A DNA stretch of 58,963 nucleotides, filler included. It is 4 parts of 4 records of this genome, joined end to end, with 100 filler letters (N's around TTAATTAATTAA, not from the genome) between each part and the next. Parts side by side here need not be neighbours in the genome. Positions count along the whole stretch, not along the records: positions 31,379 to 49,561 come from DRR378314_1677; positions 49,662 to 58,963 come from DRR378314_1685; 2 more parts are not named here. One strand, written 5' to 3'. The position numbers and the translations under genes were made by a program. The notes under the pieces are model-generated. The model ran no database searches and was not told where the DNA came from. It was given only the letters and a program-made list of their open reading frames with translations. This document shows positions 44,370-58,200 of this stretch, in pieces; position 1 is the stretch's first letter; each line of letters begins with the position of its first letter.

Positions 44370-46252
44370 AACAACAAGCTACTACGTCCCACTTTCGCTG
44401 GGGGAGTATTATGCTTGGTGAAACAAGCAACGTATCGCCGCCGCTCCTGTCGACAGCTGTGCGCGTCGCAGCGGAATGTGCGCGACGACCTCTCGCCTGG
44501 TGTTCTGGGTGACCAAAATGGGCGAGGCGAGTACAGCCTGCTACAAAGCGCCACGCAATCGGAACGTAGAAGCGGCAATACCTATCCTTGTCGGCAAATA
44601 TGCGGCTTGAGCAAACCCATCCAATCGTGTTTACAAAGAAGTAGATGCGGAAACCGCCTCGTGTAGTGACTACTTAAGAAAAGACTGCAGCGGACAGGCG
44701 CGACCTTTTCTGCCACCAGGTGTCGCCGCCGAACACCAGCGTGGGCAGGGAAGCCGGGACGCGGGACGCTAGGCGACCTGCGGGAGCGGAGGCTCCAAAC
44801 ACGTCCAAGAGCTCGCACTGCCGCAGCCAAGGAGTGCGGAGAGAAGGAGGGAGAACGGGGCCCTTAACGAGGAAATTTCGCGAAAACGGCGATAGCAACT
44901 TTGAAGATTGGATCCGAGAAGATCACGCGATGTAGCGGTGCCTTGCACGTGCGTCGTTTCCGAGTCGCTTGCCACCACGCTGCAGGCTTGCAGAGCAAGT
45001 GGAGGAGCAGGTACCGAAGGCGCACCGCAGCGAAGCGTGTGAACAGAGTTCGAGGTGCTCTGCCAGACGTAGCGCTAGCAGATATAGAATTGTAGAGGGT
45101 TTTCCGACACTCCTGTGCTTTTTCAAAAGGAGATGCGATTTCGGGTAAGCTCGCGCGATAAAGAAAGAGAGTTTGCGAGCGCAGCAGCAGCAGATATGCA
45201 GAAGCGCCGAGGGTTGCAAAGGCGGCAGCAACGCAGGCCGCGCTGTGCTGCTCGTATGCGCACCTTCGCATTCAGCCCGGCCTGACCGACTCTGCCTTGC
45301 GCTTCCTAGTCCTACCGTACCTGGGATACGGTCTACCAAACCCCTCCAAGCGAACCGCCAGATATCTCGAGTGGCATTCTCTGCCATCTTCGTATCCAAC
45401 CATACACTCGGCCTGTCCGCACTTGGAGCGGACAGTGTCTGCGGCCAGCTGGACTAGGGGTAGATTGAGACTCCCCCTCTGTGGTTACTCTCGCACGTGG
45501 ACAGCGCCCGCCGGATAAAACGCGGTGTACAGGCGCGCATTGCACGCGCTTGACTTTGTCGCTGAGAAAGCCGCTGTCTCCGATTCTGCCGTATCGAGCG
45601 GAGCTGGGTACGGTCCTCGGTCGCGCTCTCCGCGCGCAACGCTGTGCCTGTGGATTGCGATTGCGTCGAATATTGCACGGCACTAGCTCACTTCAATCCA
45701 TCGTGGTTTCGAAGGAGGATACATGTTGCGAAAATTTGCGAGCGCGCGGGAAAGCTTTGCCTTTTCCTTGCAGAGCGCTGCGACCTTGCTAGGCGGTGCT
45801 GCTTTTCGAGGGTGTTGTCTCGCTTGCGAGCGCCGGCGTTTTCCCTCCGCGTACCTCGAATCATGGGGGGCAGGACGTTGTTAAGCGCTGGTTTCGCGAG
45901 CTATCTCCGAGAAATACACTCAATGCACGAGCAGTATATGAGGCACGCTCTCGCCACTTGCACCTAGTTAGGATTGTACCCGTGGCTTGGGCTGTCGTTA
46001 AACGTGTGCGTCGAAGTGTTGTTCCCTGCTTACTTCTGCTCCGCCAGCGGTTGTGTACGCCGTTGCGCGAGTACGGTGTGCTCGGCGGCAATCACCTTCC
46101 TACCTTGGACACTGCTTTGCCAACACGATGCTGTAGAATCTGGGCTCGTTCGAAATCGTGGGTCATTCATATAACTAGCTTCCTTACGGTGCGTGCGATT
46201 TCGGATGCTGTCTTGGTTTCGCTGTGGCGCTACAGAAAAGGCGACTGCAGCG

Positions 46253-49200
46253 ATGAAAGTCTTTGTGGCAGGAGTCGTTGTCGCTCTCGCCTTGCTGTCG
46301 CAACCGAGCCTGAGGTACGCGCCGCGGGGAGACGGCCCCTTGCCCGTGCTGCAGTATGCGTACTGCTTCTGCAGCCGCGAGAGGCACGTGCTCGCGAGAT
46401 GTACCCCTCCTGTAATGCGGCTACTTCATTGCGGCAACGGAACTATGATATATTCTTCCCTTAACTTCTTCGAGAGGTTACGGGTGCGGAGCTTGCGCGC
46501 GGGTGGCTCAGCGCGATCGGTTCGCGCTGAGGAGCCGGTCTGGCGTACCGTTGCGTGAGAAAGGTCGTTATCCCCTTGCGTATGCGAGGTCGGCGTTCTG
46601 TGGGACGCAGCGGCGCGCGTCGCACTATCGTATGCGCCCGTCGTTTCCTCTGGCGCTGCTCCCTATTTTCTCGCCACTACTGGTTTATGTTCATCGAAAT
46701 GAGTCGGATGCTTCCAAATTTGTACTTTGAAACCGTGCCTCATTACTTTGCTTTAGTTGCGTCGGCGAGTGCTGCTGCTGATGCCGTGTGTCGGAACTGG
46801 CTGCTTGTCGTCTGTCCGCATGCGCAGTACGGACCTTGCGCCGTATTCGTGCCCACGTTCTGGCGCATGTGCAGCCCTGTGCCGTGCGTATTTTTGCGTT
46901 GCTTTTTTTTTCTTCTCTCACGTCCTCGCACTGCATAGCTCTTCCCATGCAAGACAAATCGGTGACACATAAAAATTTGCGTGCGCCTGCGAACGTATTA
47001 GGAGCCACCTCTGTTGCCAGTCTCGTCTTGAGGCGTTACGCGGCGCTAATGCTCGTGAAACTCATCGCACTCCGGAGGTTGACTTCGGCAGTGTTGCAGC
47101 TCGCTCGTGCGAGTCTTTGGCATTTCCTCGCGTTCTTTGAACTCACGCCAAAACATGTATTGATGCTGATTTCCTCTCTCTGCAGCATTCCCACTTCGTT
47201 GCAATATGGCGGTGTAAACGGGACCTCGTTTGTCAATTTTGCGGACCGGACGTGCGCGACGAACGCTCATGTACGTCGGCACGAGCGAGATGAAGGGCAC
47301 TCGCTTGTAGCGTGCACGAACGTGGGTGCTGGTGTTCTTCCAATAACTTGTTAAACTATTAGCAACCGATATGTACTGCTTCTCGCGCATGCATTATTGA
47401 GTCTGCAATGAGAGTCCGTACTTGCCGCTGCGGGTTGACTGTGTATACGTCCCCCCTTTTTTTCTTTTTTGTGACCCTGCTCGTAGTGTAACGACCGAGG
47501 CACTTGCGGAGCGGACGGATTTTGCTCGTGCAATGCTGGCTACGCGGGTGCAACGTGTGCAAAGGTACGCCCGTCCTCCGAGATGAAGCAAATGGATTGA
47601 TCTTGTATGCGAGTCTCATATGCACATGAAAATAGGGATTGCTACCGCATTTGTGCTGGATCGAGGAAAAGACGACGCAAGAACGCCAGAACAAGCGCGT
47701 GTGTTCCTGCTGGGCGTTCGCGCGCACGGTGCATTGCGCAGCCCCATATACAGCAGATTTATGAAAATTCTCGTCGCATGGGTCCCCCATCCAACGGTCG
47801 GGTTTTCCTCTGTGTGCGCTTCTTGCCGGGTGGGCGTACAGACGTGTGCGGGAACCACGTTCTTTCAGAACGGGACGGTTCTCGTCTGCAGTGGGCACGG
47901 AGTCTGCCCCCAAGGCCTAGGTGGCCGCTGCCGTTGCGATACTGGATATTTCTCCGGTCGCTCGGGCTGCAACAACGAGTATCCCCGTACGTTTTGTTTT
48001 TCATCGGTATCCGATGCATGTGCGTGTGACTTGTGGAGCTGTGTTTCGCGGTTATTATTCCGCTGTAAAGCACAAGAGTCCGTGGTTTGTCACTCGGGCA
48101 ACTGTGCGTATGACCTTGGTATTAACATTTGCCGCCCCTGTCGCTCTGAAGGTCTTGCTCGTAGAGCGGTTCCGCTTTGCTTTTTATTGTTATTTCATCT
48201 CCGCCTGCACTATATGCAATGCAAAAGTGGATATGCCCAGGGGTTAGGTGCTTCAGCATCGCCTGGTTTCGTTCGCTGGCATTTCTCTAGGTGCTCATTT
48301 TATTCTTGCCGTCTCTGCGAATGCCGCGCCATGCCATGCCTTTCCTATTGCCGTAGAGCCGGAGCCACCGGCGAATGTCTCTGCGCAAGAGACTACCGAG
48401 ACATCGGTAACGCTCGCATGGCAAGCTCCTGCAAATGAGAACAGTGGCGGTGACGCCAATCTACAGGGTACTGAGGTGCGTTCTGGCAATGTGTGGTCCG
48501 TGCAGCATTGCGCTGCAGGCTGCGTTCTCAGCCCCGTACTCAATTCGCCAGCCCGTGTATCTGAGGTGATGAAGGTAATGGTCGGGTAATGCACTGTATT
48601 GTGTTGTTTGCTTCAGCCTAGCATAGCGGATGGATACATTTGGGGGGGGCGGGACACCGCAGCGTGCCATCGACCACCTGTGGCACGCTGAGATTCACCA
48701 TGGATGCGCGTGTTCGCGAATATGCTGATGCAGTACGTTGTGGAAGGGTGCGAAGAAGCGCTCGGGTGCGATGGCGCGGAAGTGCAGTCGGCGGATGGGA
48801 TGCGCCTGGCGGTGCCGGCAAGCACGAGAGCCCGCGAGCTGGAAGCTTCCGCAGACGCGATTACGACGTCTGCGACAAACTGGTTTGAGGCGTGCCGAAC
48901 CTCGTCGCCCGGGTGCACCATGGGCAGTCTCAAAGCAGGAACATCATACAACTTCTGTGTGCGAGCGCGCTTCCGCCGCTCCAAGCTGTCCAAGTGCCTG
49001 TCCACGTTCAAGCAGGCGACCAAAGCAGATCCTCCGCATTATGAAGGGAATACGCCGATCACGAACGGGAGTGTCGAAGCGACGTCGATTCGCGTGGATA
49101 TTGTCCCGCCGAAGGACATTGGCGGAGGGCCGCTGCATGCGCGAATTTCCGAGTACACCGTGCAGTACCGGCGCAGCGGGACGCAGACGTGGTCGGCTGT

Positions 49201-49561
49201 TAGCGTTTCGCCGAATGGCACTGAAGCTGTTAATGTGACACTTTCCAGCCTTCAAGTGTTTACGCAGTACGACATCCGCACGATTGCGGAGAACGTCGCT
49301 GGCGAAGGAAACGCGTCTTCGGTCGTGCAGCAGCGCACAAAGGGACTGTGCGGCAACAGCGTCGTCGAAAGTGGATCGCTCGGCAACGGCCTTTCGTACG
49401 CTGAGCAGTGCGATGGCGGCCACTGCTGCACGTCTGGCTGCGCGTTGAAGGCTGCCTCGTACTGCAGCAGCCATGGGAGTTGCACGGATGGGAACACGTG
49501 CACATGCGGGTCGGGCTATGCTGGCCAGACATGCCAGTACTCCGACGGCACGACGTGCAGC
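46253..49561 (+). CDS. Secreted/cell-surface EGF + fibronectin-III + Cys-rich protein, truncated by gap
   Basis: Signal peptide MKVFVAGVVVALALL; EGF CSGHGVC..CRCDTGY..C; FN3 PEPPANVSA..TSVTLAWQAP..LKAGTSYNFCVRA; second FN3 ..YTVQYR..LQVFTQYDIRTIAENVAGEG; CGNSVVE..EQCDGG; EGF CSSHGSC..CTCGSGYAGQTCQ. Confidence 0.82.
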
Positions 49562-49661
49562 NNNNNNNNNNNNNNNNNNNNNNNNNNNNNNNNNNNNNNN
49601 NNNNNTTAATTAATTAANNNNNNNNNNNNNNNNNNNNNNNNNNNNNNNNNNNNNNNNNNNN
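49562..49661. other. Artificial contig linker
   Basis: 44N-TTAATTAATTAA-44N. Confidence 0.97.
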
Positions 49662-49849
49662 CCATCGGGAAGGACCTGGCGGGCCGCGTGCAAGAGGCGG
49701 GGCGGTGGAGCTGCTCCCCCTTCGAGGTTCTGCTGCACCGCGTTTGTCGCGGCAGCCAAGTCGCGTTTCGCAGTACGATCTGAGTGCAGCTAACCGCCAG
49801 TCGCTGATGGTTATTTTTATGTGTATATTTGATGTTGTGCTGTGCGCAG

Positions 49850-50159
49850 CGACGGGAAACAGGAAGGAATCGGAGGCCCCCATAATGGGCCGTGGTACAT
49901 ATGGCCCATGTCGCAAGTCGTTCGAGCTCTGACCGCCGAAACGGACAAGGAGATTGCGGATAGTCTTGTGATGCTACGCGAAGGCGCGCGTGCGACTGGC
50001 CTCTTGCACGAGTCGTTTGCGAAGGACAGCACTGCTTCCTACACACGAGCCTGGTTCGCGTGGTGTAACTCGCTCTTTGGGGAACTCATACTCTCGTTGG
50101 CAGACTCGCATCCCCATCTGATTTTTAAAGACGGCGGCGTATCGCCACGCCTTTTGTAA
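49850..50159 (+). CDS. Glycoside hydrolase family 125 (alpha-1,6-mannosidase-like), last exon
   Basis: GIGGPH..WPMS..RALT..GLLHESF..YTRAWFAWCNSLFGELIL is the GH125 C-terminal signature; preceded by a CAG acceptor. Confidence 0.85.
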
Positions 50160-50766
50160 ATTACAGCGCAACAGAGTGTATGGAAACGCGGAATCGAGTC
50201 GCCGTATCGTCGCGTGCAGTCAGCGAAAGCAGCACATGATCCGCGCACTTGGGCAATGCTACACCTGCCGCCTTGCAATACATGTACATTCAGTAAGAGC
50301 GAACTCAATCACCACAGCGAATAGCTGGGCAAGCCTGAAGTTCCAACCAACATCTCATTTGTTTCATCTTGCGTGCTGTACAGGATGCCGCGCTCGCGCA
50401 CCAAGGCTACCTCGCGCGAGGCGATGGGCTAGGGTGGATGTTCTCTTGCCCCTTTGCTGCGACATACGTCACAGCATTCCGCGCGGCGCGTAGTTCCAGG
50501 CTAAACCTTACTCTCTTCTTCGTTTTTCAAAGGCACTGCTCGATCGCAGATATTGTCTACGCGTTTGTAGCCGATTCACGCACTGGGCTGTATACATACG
50601 CTGCAAAAAGACTGTATTTTTGAGCTTCATTTTCCCTGGTCGTGCGCAGAACCGCTGCTGCAGCGACGACAAGCCGCGCGAACGCGACCGCAAACGAGAG
50701 CTAGTAGCACTCGCTGTCGTAAGAGCCGGTGTTGCGTACCCCGCCGATCCTGCGGTCTGCGTTGAA

Positions 50767-53700
50767 ATGGCTGCCAAGACTCTCACTGTGTACCCGCTGC
50801 ATTCAGCAGCCAGTGCACTGTTTTGGAAGTCGCTTGCTGACATAAAACTCGAAACGCTGCGCACCGCAACCGATCCCATCGTCGCCGTTGGCCGGCTGGC
50901 GGAGCTCTCGCCTGCGGGCTCGGCAGCTCGAAATGGAAGCGCAGAGGGCGCCGCGGAGGCAGACGCAGCAGCTGCAGCCTACGCCGCGGCCGGCGTTGAG
51001 CTAGGCTACGACGCATTCCGCTGCGGAGAGAACCAAGATGTTTTCCGCATCCCATCGACTGATATCGATGAACAATCATCGTCTCCGTTCTCGAATGTGG
51101 ACTGGGTCGCCGTTGTGCGCAACGCTGCAGCACACCTGGAGCAGGATCGCCGTGGAGTACCGGTTGTGCTATGGAACGCAAACACGCTAGAAGAATTTCG
51201 CAAAGCAGACAAGAACGGTACGTTGCGCACACGAGCGGCATGATCCCATTGCCGGTGGCTCCCCTTTTTGAACCCGTAACGCGCTTCAAAAACGAGCAAT
51301 CAGTTGTTAGCCATTGTTTGTTGCAATGCAACGCTGCGGATACATGCGCGCAGGACGCAAGGCAGTCGCGACTGCCGTCCTGTGTAGTGTTTGGCTGCCG
51401 TGCTTCCTCTGCCAGAACTACGCGAGCCCAACTCTTTTTCTTGTGCAATTCGAGAGGCCTACTTTTTCTCCCCAGCACACGAGCGGCAACCTTGTGTAAA
51501 TCGCAACATCATCATTTTTACAGCAGTGCAATCCCCTTTTGTAGTTTCCTCTTGGTGGCCCTGATGATTATTGCTCGTGCTCAATGCACCTCTGCTATGC
51601 ACGACGCCGCGATGCTGCCGTGACTCTTGCAGCTATGCTCGCCAGAGTTGGCGAAGCTCTGCTCGAAACATGGCGGAATGCGAACGAGGCGGCAGGCACA
51701 CCGCCCTCTGATGCTCTTTTTACACCTGGCATTTGCGTAGCCTTTGCCGACTTGAAAGACTGGCAATTTTATCACTGGTTTGCGTTTCCGGCGGTCGTTC
51801 CTCGCACGGGTGCCCTTGGCCTAGACGGCGCCTCTGAGCGCGTGAATCCGAACTGGGCCGCGATTTTCGTCGAGGTTGCACGGTCGCTGCGCCCCGGGAC
51901 GCGCGCGTTTGTCGCCGACTTCCAAACGTCTATGGGCAAAGAAAGTATATGCAGTGAGGATTTCTCTCTTGAAGAACTGTCTGTGAAGACTTCCCCGGTC
52001 CTTTCCGAAATGGCGGACGCTATGCTGCGCGATGCGAGAGGTAAGGAAGTGCAGTACGCAAGGAGCTTGCTTTCCTCCACCCGTTCCAGCTTTGCCCTTT
52101 CCCTCTGGCCCTCACTTGACACTGCGACGCAGGAGCAAGGTAAGGGATTGCTTCCGTCGAGAGCATGGTATATGCGAAGTATATATCTAAGAATCTGCAG
52201 TTTTCGAACCAGTTGACTTGTTTCGCCGTCGGGATCTGTCCTTGTGCGCTAAACGCTCGCATTCGGTTTTTTTTTTTCGCCATCGGCCTGTTACAGGAAC
52301 ATCGGTTCTCGTTTACATGAATGCCAGCCAGGTGGACGAGGCCCCGTTGGCACCACTGCGCAATATATTGGCAGCAATATCTTCGCGTGGTCATAGCGGA
52401 GTCGTGCAGGTGGTAACCATGCCAGTGGAACCTACACACGACTCAGTCGCGAATATCAAAACCTTTGCCGTTACGCTGCCGGAGCAGCCACTGACTCCCG
52501 ATACCGCTAAAACGGTAGGGTGGGAGGTCGGCGACGACGGAAAGCGGCCGCGACCACGCGTGCTCAATATGGCCCCGGTGATGGACAATCGCGTTTTGGC
52601 ATCATCTGCCGCAGCTCTCAACCTGTCTCTCATGAAATGGCGCCTTGCTCCTGAACTTGATCTGGAACGAATGCGAAACACAAAGTGCTTGCTTCTCGGT
52701 GCTGGAACGCTCGGTGCGTGCAAACTGCTTTGTACTTGCACCTGGCGGGCAACCAGAGCGCTGTTAGCCCAGCAGAATTGTACGCGAGCGAGGTGGCTGC
52801 ACACGCACTGTAACCGTCGTCAGCATCGGATGGAAACTTGAAATTTCGTGGTATTGCATGATGCAGTACATCGGAGTGGCGAACAGGCCGTGCCCGTTTC
52901 GCGTGCTTGGCACTTGCGCCCAGAGTGCAGGCTTGCCGTATTGCGCTTTTCTCGGGGGTGGGGGAAGGTGAAGAAGCACTCGAAGCAGTAATTCCACTGC
53001 GAGTCTCCCTTTGCATCCTTCATCGTATCCATTGCCTTACGGAATATTCATTGTCTCATTTCTGATCGTGTTGATCGTGTATTGGCAGGCTGCAACGTGG
53101 CTCGTGGGCTGCTAGCGTGGGGTGTGCAGCGCATGACATTGGTTGACCAAGGGCGCGTCAGTTTCAGCAATCCGCCGAGACAGAGCCTGTTCGAGTATCA
53201 AGGTACAGTGCCGAGCGTCGCTGCTTTAATGCGCAGCATCGAAGTATTAGCATTAGAATCCTCATCTATGCGCACAAGACTGCATTCGCTGCTGCTGTTG
53301 GTTTGATTAAGTAGGGTTCCATGGGAAGCAGTTGCTCTTCACCTACTCCACAGTGAATCGCGCTGTCCCCCTACGCACAGGCGCGCTTGCCGGACCCCTG
53401 CCAAGTGCTGAGCGTGGGTGCTCATTGAATCCCGCGCCTGTTCTGGGTGCTGCGCTCTGATTACCAGATTGTACCGATGGAGGTCGATTCAAGGCAGAGC
53501 GCGCTGCCGAAAAGCTACGGGAGATTCTTCCGTCAGTCGAGGCAGAGGGCGTGGTGCTATCGATTCCCATGCCAGGCCACCCGGCATCGAACGTGGAGGC
53601 AACCACGAAGGCGTGTTCGGAGCTCGCTGGGCTGGTCGAGTCCCACGATGTCATCTTTTTGCTGACTGATTCACGGGAGTCCCGTTGGCTTCCGAGTCTA

Positions 53701-55013
53701 TTGGCTTCGGCGTATAAAAAACTATGCATCAATGCAGCCATGGGGTTCGACACGTTTCTGGTGATGCGCCACGGCGTTCCGGCCGGCGACGGGGAATCCA
53801 GCTGCTCAGCTGCTCTTGGGTGCTACTTCTGCAACGACGTTGTGGCGCCCGGAGACTCATCACAGGATCGTTCACTGGACCAGCAGTGCACTGTGACGCG
53901 CCCTGGACTCAGTGGCATCACATCTGCACTGGCGGTGGAGCTGGCAGCTGCTGTGTTGCAGGTAGGTAACCAAACTTTGGGTTAGCTCTTCCCATAAGGA
54001 GTGCACTGCCGGCGTGCGGAACTGTGTCGCACGGAACTGTGTACGCGTTCTGCCCTGTGCAGCTAGCTACGTACCGTATGCTCTCTGTGCTTTATGTTGT
54101 GCAATTTGCTTCCGCTTATCAATAACGCGTATCCGTGCGTTTGTGTGACTCGCAAGACAGGTTGGTGGCTGTATCATTTCGAGTACACTTGCGCCGTCTG
54201 GTCAGTGTACATCTCTGCTGCTGCGCCGCCTTTTGTCGTGTCCGTATGCTCCCGGGCGCATGCCCCGCAACGACAACGGGGTAGAGCTTGCGTTCAGGCA
54301 GGTGAAACGCAATGTTGAGAATGCTAGTGATTCCACTCAATGCTGGTGTTTTTCTCATTCAATATTTCTGGGTCGCAAACGTCATCGTGATGCGCTTGAT
54401 GCCTTACAGCATCCAGATGGGGCGCTCTGCACTGCCGAGGCCGAAGAGGACGGTAGTGCTGCTGCCTTGGGCACGCCGCCGCACCAGCTGCGCGGGTTCA
54501 TGCGCACATCGACACAGGTAAAGAAACGAATGCAGGTGTTAACACTGTAGCTCATTCTCGAAACGGCGCTACGGGATCACAGTGCGCTTTCGCTCTATGC
54601 CACGATCCGCTGCTAACGCCGCTCCGCACCCGTGCCCGCCGCCTACGCTGCCGTGGTAGATTGCCGTCACTGGCCCTGCCTTTGCGATGTGCACCGCGTG
54701 CTCTCCCGCAGTGCGCCGTGCGTATGCAGAGCGTGGCACAGATTTTTTGCTCGATGTATTCAACCGTCCGCCTTCCTTCTTGGAGGAGTTGACTGGGTTA
54801 AGCGAGCTGAAAGCAAATGCCGATGCGGCAGGTACGGGCGTAGCTAGCGCGCGCTGCTGCGACCTCCTTGGGCAGGTACGGGGGACGAAGCACGCGATAG
54901 CGCAACTATGCTCTTTGTAAATGATCCGTTGCTGCAAATGGTCAATGCGCTGTATTATGGCCGATGCAGAAGTCGACTGGGACAGTGATGACGAATCCAT
55001 GGAAGAGAACTAG
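50767..55013 (+). CDS. ATG7: Autophagy E1-like enzyme ATG7 (8 exons)
   Basis: [96 protein letters not shown], catalytic [17 protein letters not shown] and acidic tail [12 protein letters not shown]; splice phases consistent. Confidence 0.96.
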
Positions 55014-55274
55014 CCGTTGCGTAGCACAGCACTACGTTCCGACGGCCATTTTGACGATGTCCGCAGACGCCATCTCGAAAGCTTCGACAATCTACGATGT
55101 TAACCCCCGAGAACCACGCATCGCCCGTAAATACAATGAATCTCCGTGTTTGTGTGGCAAATTGGATTTCCGTGCGGTGCCCACGCGTATGCGAACCCTA
55201 TTTCCCGCAGTCTCTGCAAACGCTACTCATAAAACAAGGAGAATTACATTTCTTCTCTACTATCCATACGCACC

Positions 55275-58200
55275 ACCAAAGGTTATTCACCTGAGAGAGG
55301 TAGAAAGCTCTTAGCAGGGTCACAGATAGCAGTATTGCTTCATGTGCCTGTTGGTCAACGCTGCGCAGACAACGTGCCTTGCTTGATATGCCGAGCTGGT
55401 GCTGCGAAAAGTCGAGGATTGCGGTTCGAATGATGACACTACAATGCACCCAAACAAACGCGGCGACGGATCAGAGCGACGGGAAGTGCTGCCTCCGTGA
55501 GCACACGCACAGGGACTTTTTCGATGGTCTGATAGGTAACAGAACCAAGCGGTGTAATACAGCCTAAAACTACTGATTGGCGCGCTGATCGTGAGCATGA
55601 TGACGCACTTTAGCTCGAGTTTTGCGCGCCGCAGCTCCACCGGCAAGCTGCGCCGAACGCGCTCGTACGTCGCGCGCGCCGACTCGAGCGAGGTTGCGGT
55701 CTGCATGAGCAAACATGATGAAGGTCGAGCGTCAATTCGGAAGAGCTTCCCTGATACTTTGCCGCCAAGTGCGCGCAGACAACCTATGACACGACAGTCA
55801 CAGGCCGGGGGAGGCCCGAACGCAAGAAGACACGGCGTCGGTGCAGTTGACGCGATGGAGCCTGTATCAACCATCCGTCCGGCGCATCGTGCGTCTTTAT
55901 GCCATACAACTCAACATGTGCAATAAGCTTGCACCGGGTGCAGTCCCATACGCTGCTGTTTGTGAGCCAGCGATCCCTACTATTGTCGAGAACAACCAGC
56001 GAGCTGACGAAAAATGAAACGCTGGGAACGTGCTGCAGTTTCGCTGCTCCTAACGCGGCGACCCGATACTGCTTTTCCTTCGACATACCGCAGAGCGCTC
56101 CCGTGTTAGCTTCTGAAGAACTTTTTTCTGCTTCGCTGTCATGTCGTCATCTTCCATATCGGCTGTGATAGCGGGAAGAGTTCGGACGGCGGCAACCCGA
56201 GTCCGGTATACAAACAAGTCGCGTGAGTTTGATAAAGAGAACTGGAGTGCACGTTCCGCCTTCATCGTTCTCAGGCGCGCAGCGCTCGCGGCTGTGACAG
56301 CTTGTAACTACAGCTTGCGCTCGCCCGTCGCTCCAGTCGCTCCGATCCTACGCATCCAACATATTGATAATCAAGTAAGACATACCCTGTGCGATCTTGT
56401 TTTCCATGCTTTCGAGACGTTCTTGCTCAGCCTCGAACCCCGCCATGTAGTCGCGGATGCTCGTCAATGCTGCAATGATTCGTTCACAAAGCGCAATGTC
56501 ATCGCTGCTCCACGCGAATTTTTCATGGGACGGGACAGGATCGGACAGTGGTCAGTGGATCGGCACCCGAGACGAGATACGGCTCAGCCCGTTCACAACG
56601 CCCCTATTCCATGCAACGAGCAAACCTCAGCTTGACCACAATGGTCTCCGGACGCACACGTACGCTGACTAGCTCTCACAGCGCGATACTGGGACGTGCA
56701 GCTCCTACACGTACCGGAACCGTGACATAAGGTGCTCCACCGACGACTTGGAGAGAAGATCCGCTCTCAAGTTCACAGCATTGGAGAGGCCGTTGATAGC
56801 ATTGATGAATGTCATATTCTCGCTGGGCTCCTGCGCATCCACCCCGGCACACAGCGTGCCACAGCACAGGTCCACGAGTCAACGCCACCTTGCCGTAAGC
56901 CGTGTGCGTATCCTCTCAACGGACAAGTAACACCAGTGAGGAAATAAGAGAGAAAAAAATACACCTAAACAGAGAGAATAAGGACGGTCTACTTCGCCAC
57001 CTACACGCCAGCATGAAACCTTTCGTTCGCAGCGCGCATTTTCCCGAGCAGATACCATCATAGACGGAAGTAGCCAAGCTTCCATTTCTGTTTCGTACAT
57101 TGGCTAGCGTTTCGGCCGTGCTGTTACTCTCGTCCACCAATTTTTGCGAGAAGCGCCGGAGCACTTTGGCGACATCCCGCTCTCGGTTGTCCAGGTGAGT
57201 GAATATGCGTTTGGTCTCTTGGAGAAAGAGCAACGTCTTTTCCGAGGCACGAATCATTTCACTAACTTGGTCCATGATGTCAGAAGGCGCTGCATTGCAC
57301 CAATATGTTCAACAGAGACCACCGCAACGCCCATTGAGATCGAGAGCGGTCAGGTGAACAGCGAACGGCAACGCAGCACGAAGACGGAACAAGCCTACGC
57401 AGCAAGCACCGTACCACGTATGCCGCTACAGGAACCATAGATAACACGCGTCGCAGACCAGAAGATCCGACCTCGCATCCCGCCAAACTGGAGCTAAAAT
57501 TTTGAGTATCAATCAAGGAATTTTGCAAACTGTATGAGGTATCCCTGCCCATCTGCCACGCACTGTAGGACCACGCGACGCAACCCCGCCAGAGACAAGC
57601 GGCGCAGCGCGACCGCGTTCGCGCGACAATATGGAGTGAGTGAGAATGATACATACGTTCGTCAAAGAGGTCGATCCTGTCTGAGTGCTGCGCGCAAACC
57701 CAATCAGCATCTACAATCGTAGCCTCCGCGCGCGTAAACTCTTTCGACGCGCCGCCGCCCGACACCATGATCATAAAGGCGCGGAAAGAAATCGAAGACG
57801 CCAACAGCGGATTACGTAGCACCCGTGTCAAAAAGCGACTCAGGCTTCGCATTTCGTCCTCGCTATCGCGGGATGAGGGCGGGAGAGGGGGGATGATCGT
57901 CCCACGACATTCCCGCTGGAGCATATTGTGCAGCCATTCGAATTCCTTGTACGACCGATCGGTCTCGCCAAAGCCCTACACGCGTAGAAAACAGCGCCGA
58001 ACCAACACGCACGGCAACGAGTGCCCGAGAAGGTACCGCCACCGCGAGGTCAGAACACGCAGCATTCCGCACACAAAAATATACGCGCCAAACGAACCAT
58101 TCCCGAACACCAGCACTTGTTGTATGCAATGTAAACCAAAATGTCGCGAACAGTTGACGTAACGAATGCAGAGTACTGCGGCGATTCCTTCGGCTTGACA

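Noticed and set aside
44400-46250. Short ORFs between the RING and FN3 genes
   Set aside because: No motifs; consistent with a divergent promoter/UTR region.
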